A DNA stretch of 64,000 bases from Octopus vulgaris (lineage: Eukaryota). Below are positions 63,406 through 64,000 of the stretch, in pieces (within the stretch, counting starts at the first letter, position 1; every line of letters starts with the position of its first letter). Under the pieces are notes generated by a model. It had not been told where the DNA came from, ran no database searches, and worked only from the letters and a program-made list of their open reading frames with translations. Both the position numbers and the translations under genes were made by a program. The stretch covers positions 4,774,001-4,838,000 of the forward strand of contig OX597836.1 of NCBI GenBank assembly GCA_951406725.2. Direction: 5' to 3'.

Positions 63406-64000
63406 TGAAAATACAATCTCTTTTCTTAAACTTTTTTTAAAAATTGCTTTAAAAGTAATATGATCGCAATTTAGCTGCTATTTCTAACTCCTCCAGCGTC
63501 CGTTTAAGGCCATTCACATTATCTCTCCGGTTCCTCGTTGGCTCATGCTTACATTTATATTTCTATAACGATTAATTACTTCAATGCAAAAACCCGGCGG
63601 CGGCAAGTATGACCGGTGGAGACCCTCATAGACCAAAGCAGTTGATTTATAAATCCCTCGTGGATTTCACGATACATGTAACATTTACTGGAGTCAGTTA
63701 TGGCCTCTCAAATAATCATCTCCTCCTAACATACAGCCTTTGGAATTGTGCCAACGTTACGCAGCATCGTTATTGCTATTAATAAATAAATGATTTGACT
63801 CTGATTTCCAAATTAGGTCTGCATCTTCGAATTTAGATTGAAATACATGAAAGAAAAACAAACAAACGATTCGATACTTAATCAATGCCTCACAGTGATT
63901 GTTGCTTTTATTATTGTAGTTGTTGTTGTTGTTGTTGTTGTTGTTCTTGTTGTTCATTACAGTTGTATTGTTGCAGTTCCTGTTGGCTTTCTTGATTACG

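Overview
Eukaryotic, AT-rich and saturated with microsatellites. The SINE repertoire and repeat style strongly suggest an Octopus genome (inference). Only one protein-coding gene is supportable: an intronless, type II membrane alpha-1,2-fucosyltransferase (CAZy GT11, FUT1/FUT2-like) at 19506-20684 (+), preceded by about 1.8 kb of CpG- and trinucleotide-rich leader. Almost all other ORFs in the track are translated microsatellites. The rest of the window is mobile DNA. (1) Several SINE families, mostly tRNA-headed, some with clean 14-16 bp TSDs; one head is joined to four different tails and one family carries a Nin/Deu-type core. (2) About 15 co-oriented, 5'-truncated R4/Dong-type (restriction-like endonuclease) retrotransposon fragments and related 3' ends sitting in (TAA)n tracts at 45.8-63 kb. 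(3) A Helentron-type non-autonomous element plus hAT, RTE and ORF1-like relics. (4) Most interesting, a series of short structured inserts inside (TA)n arrays, including a near-canonical type I hammerhead ribozyme (13021-13100, minus strand), three further partial or degenerate hammerhead motifs, and fold-back inversions typical of Penelope-like elements or retrozymes. Family labels A-E are my own working names. Coordinates of degenerate repeats are approximate.
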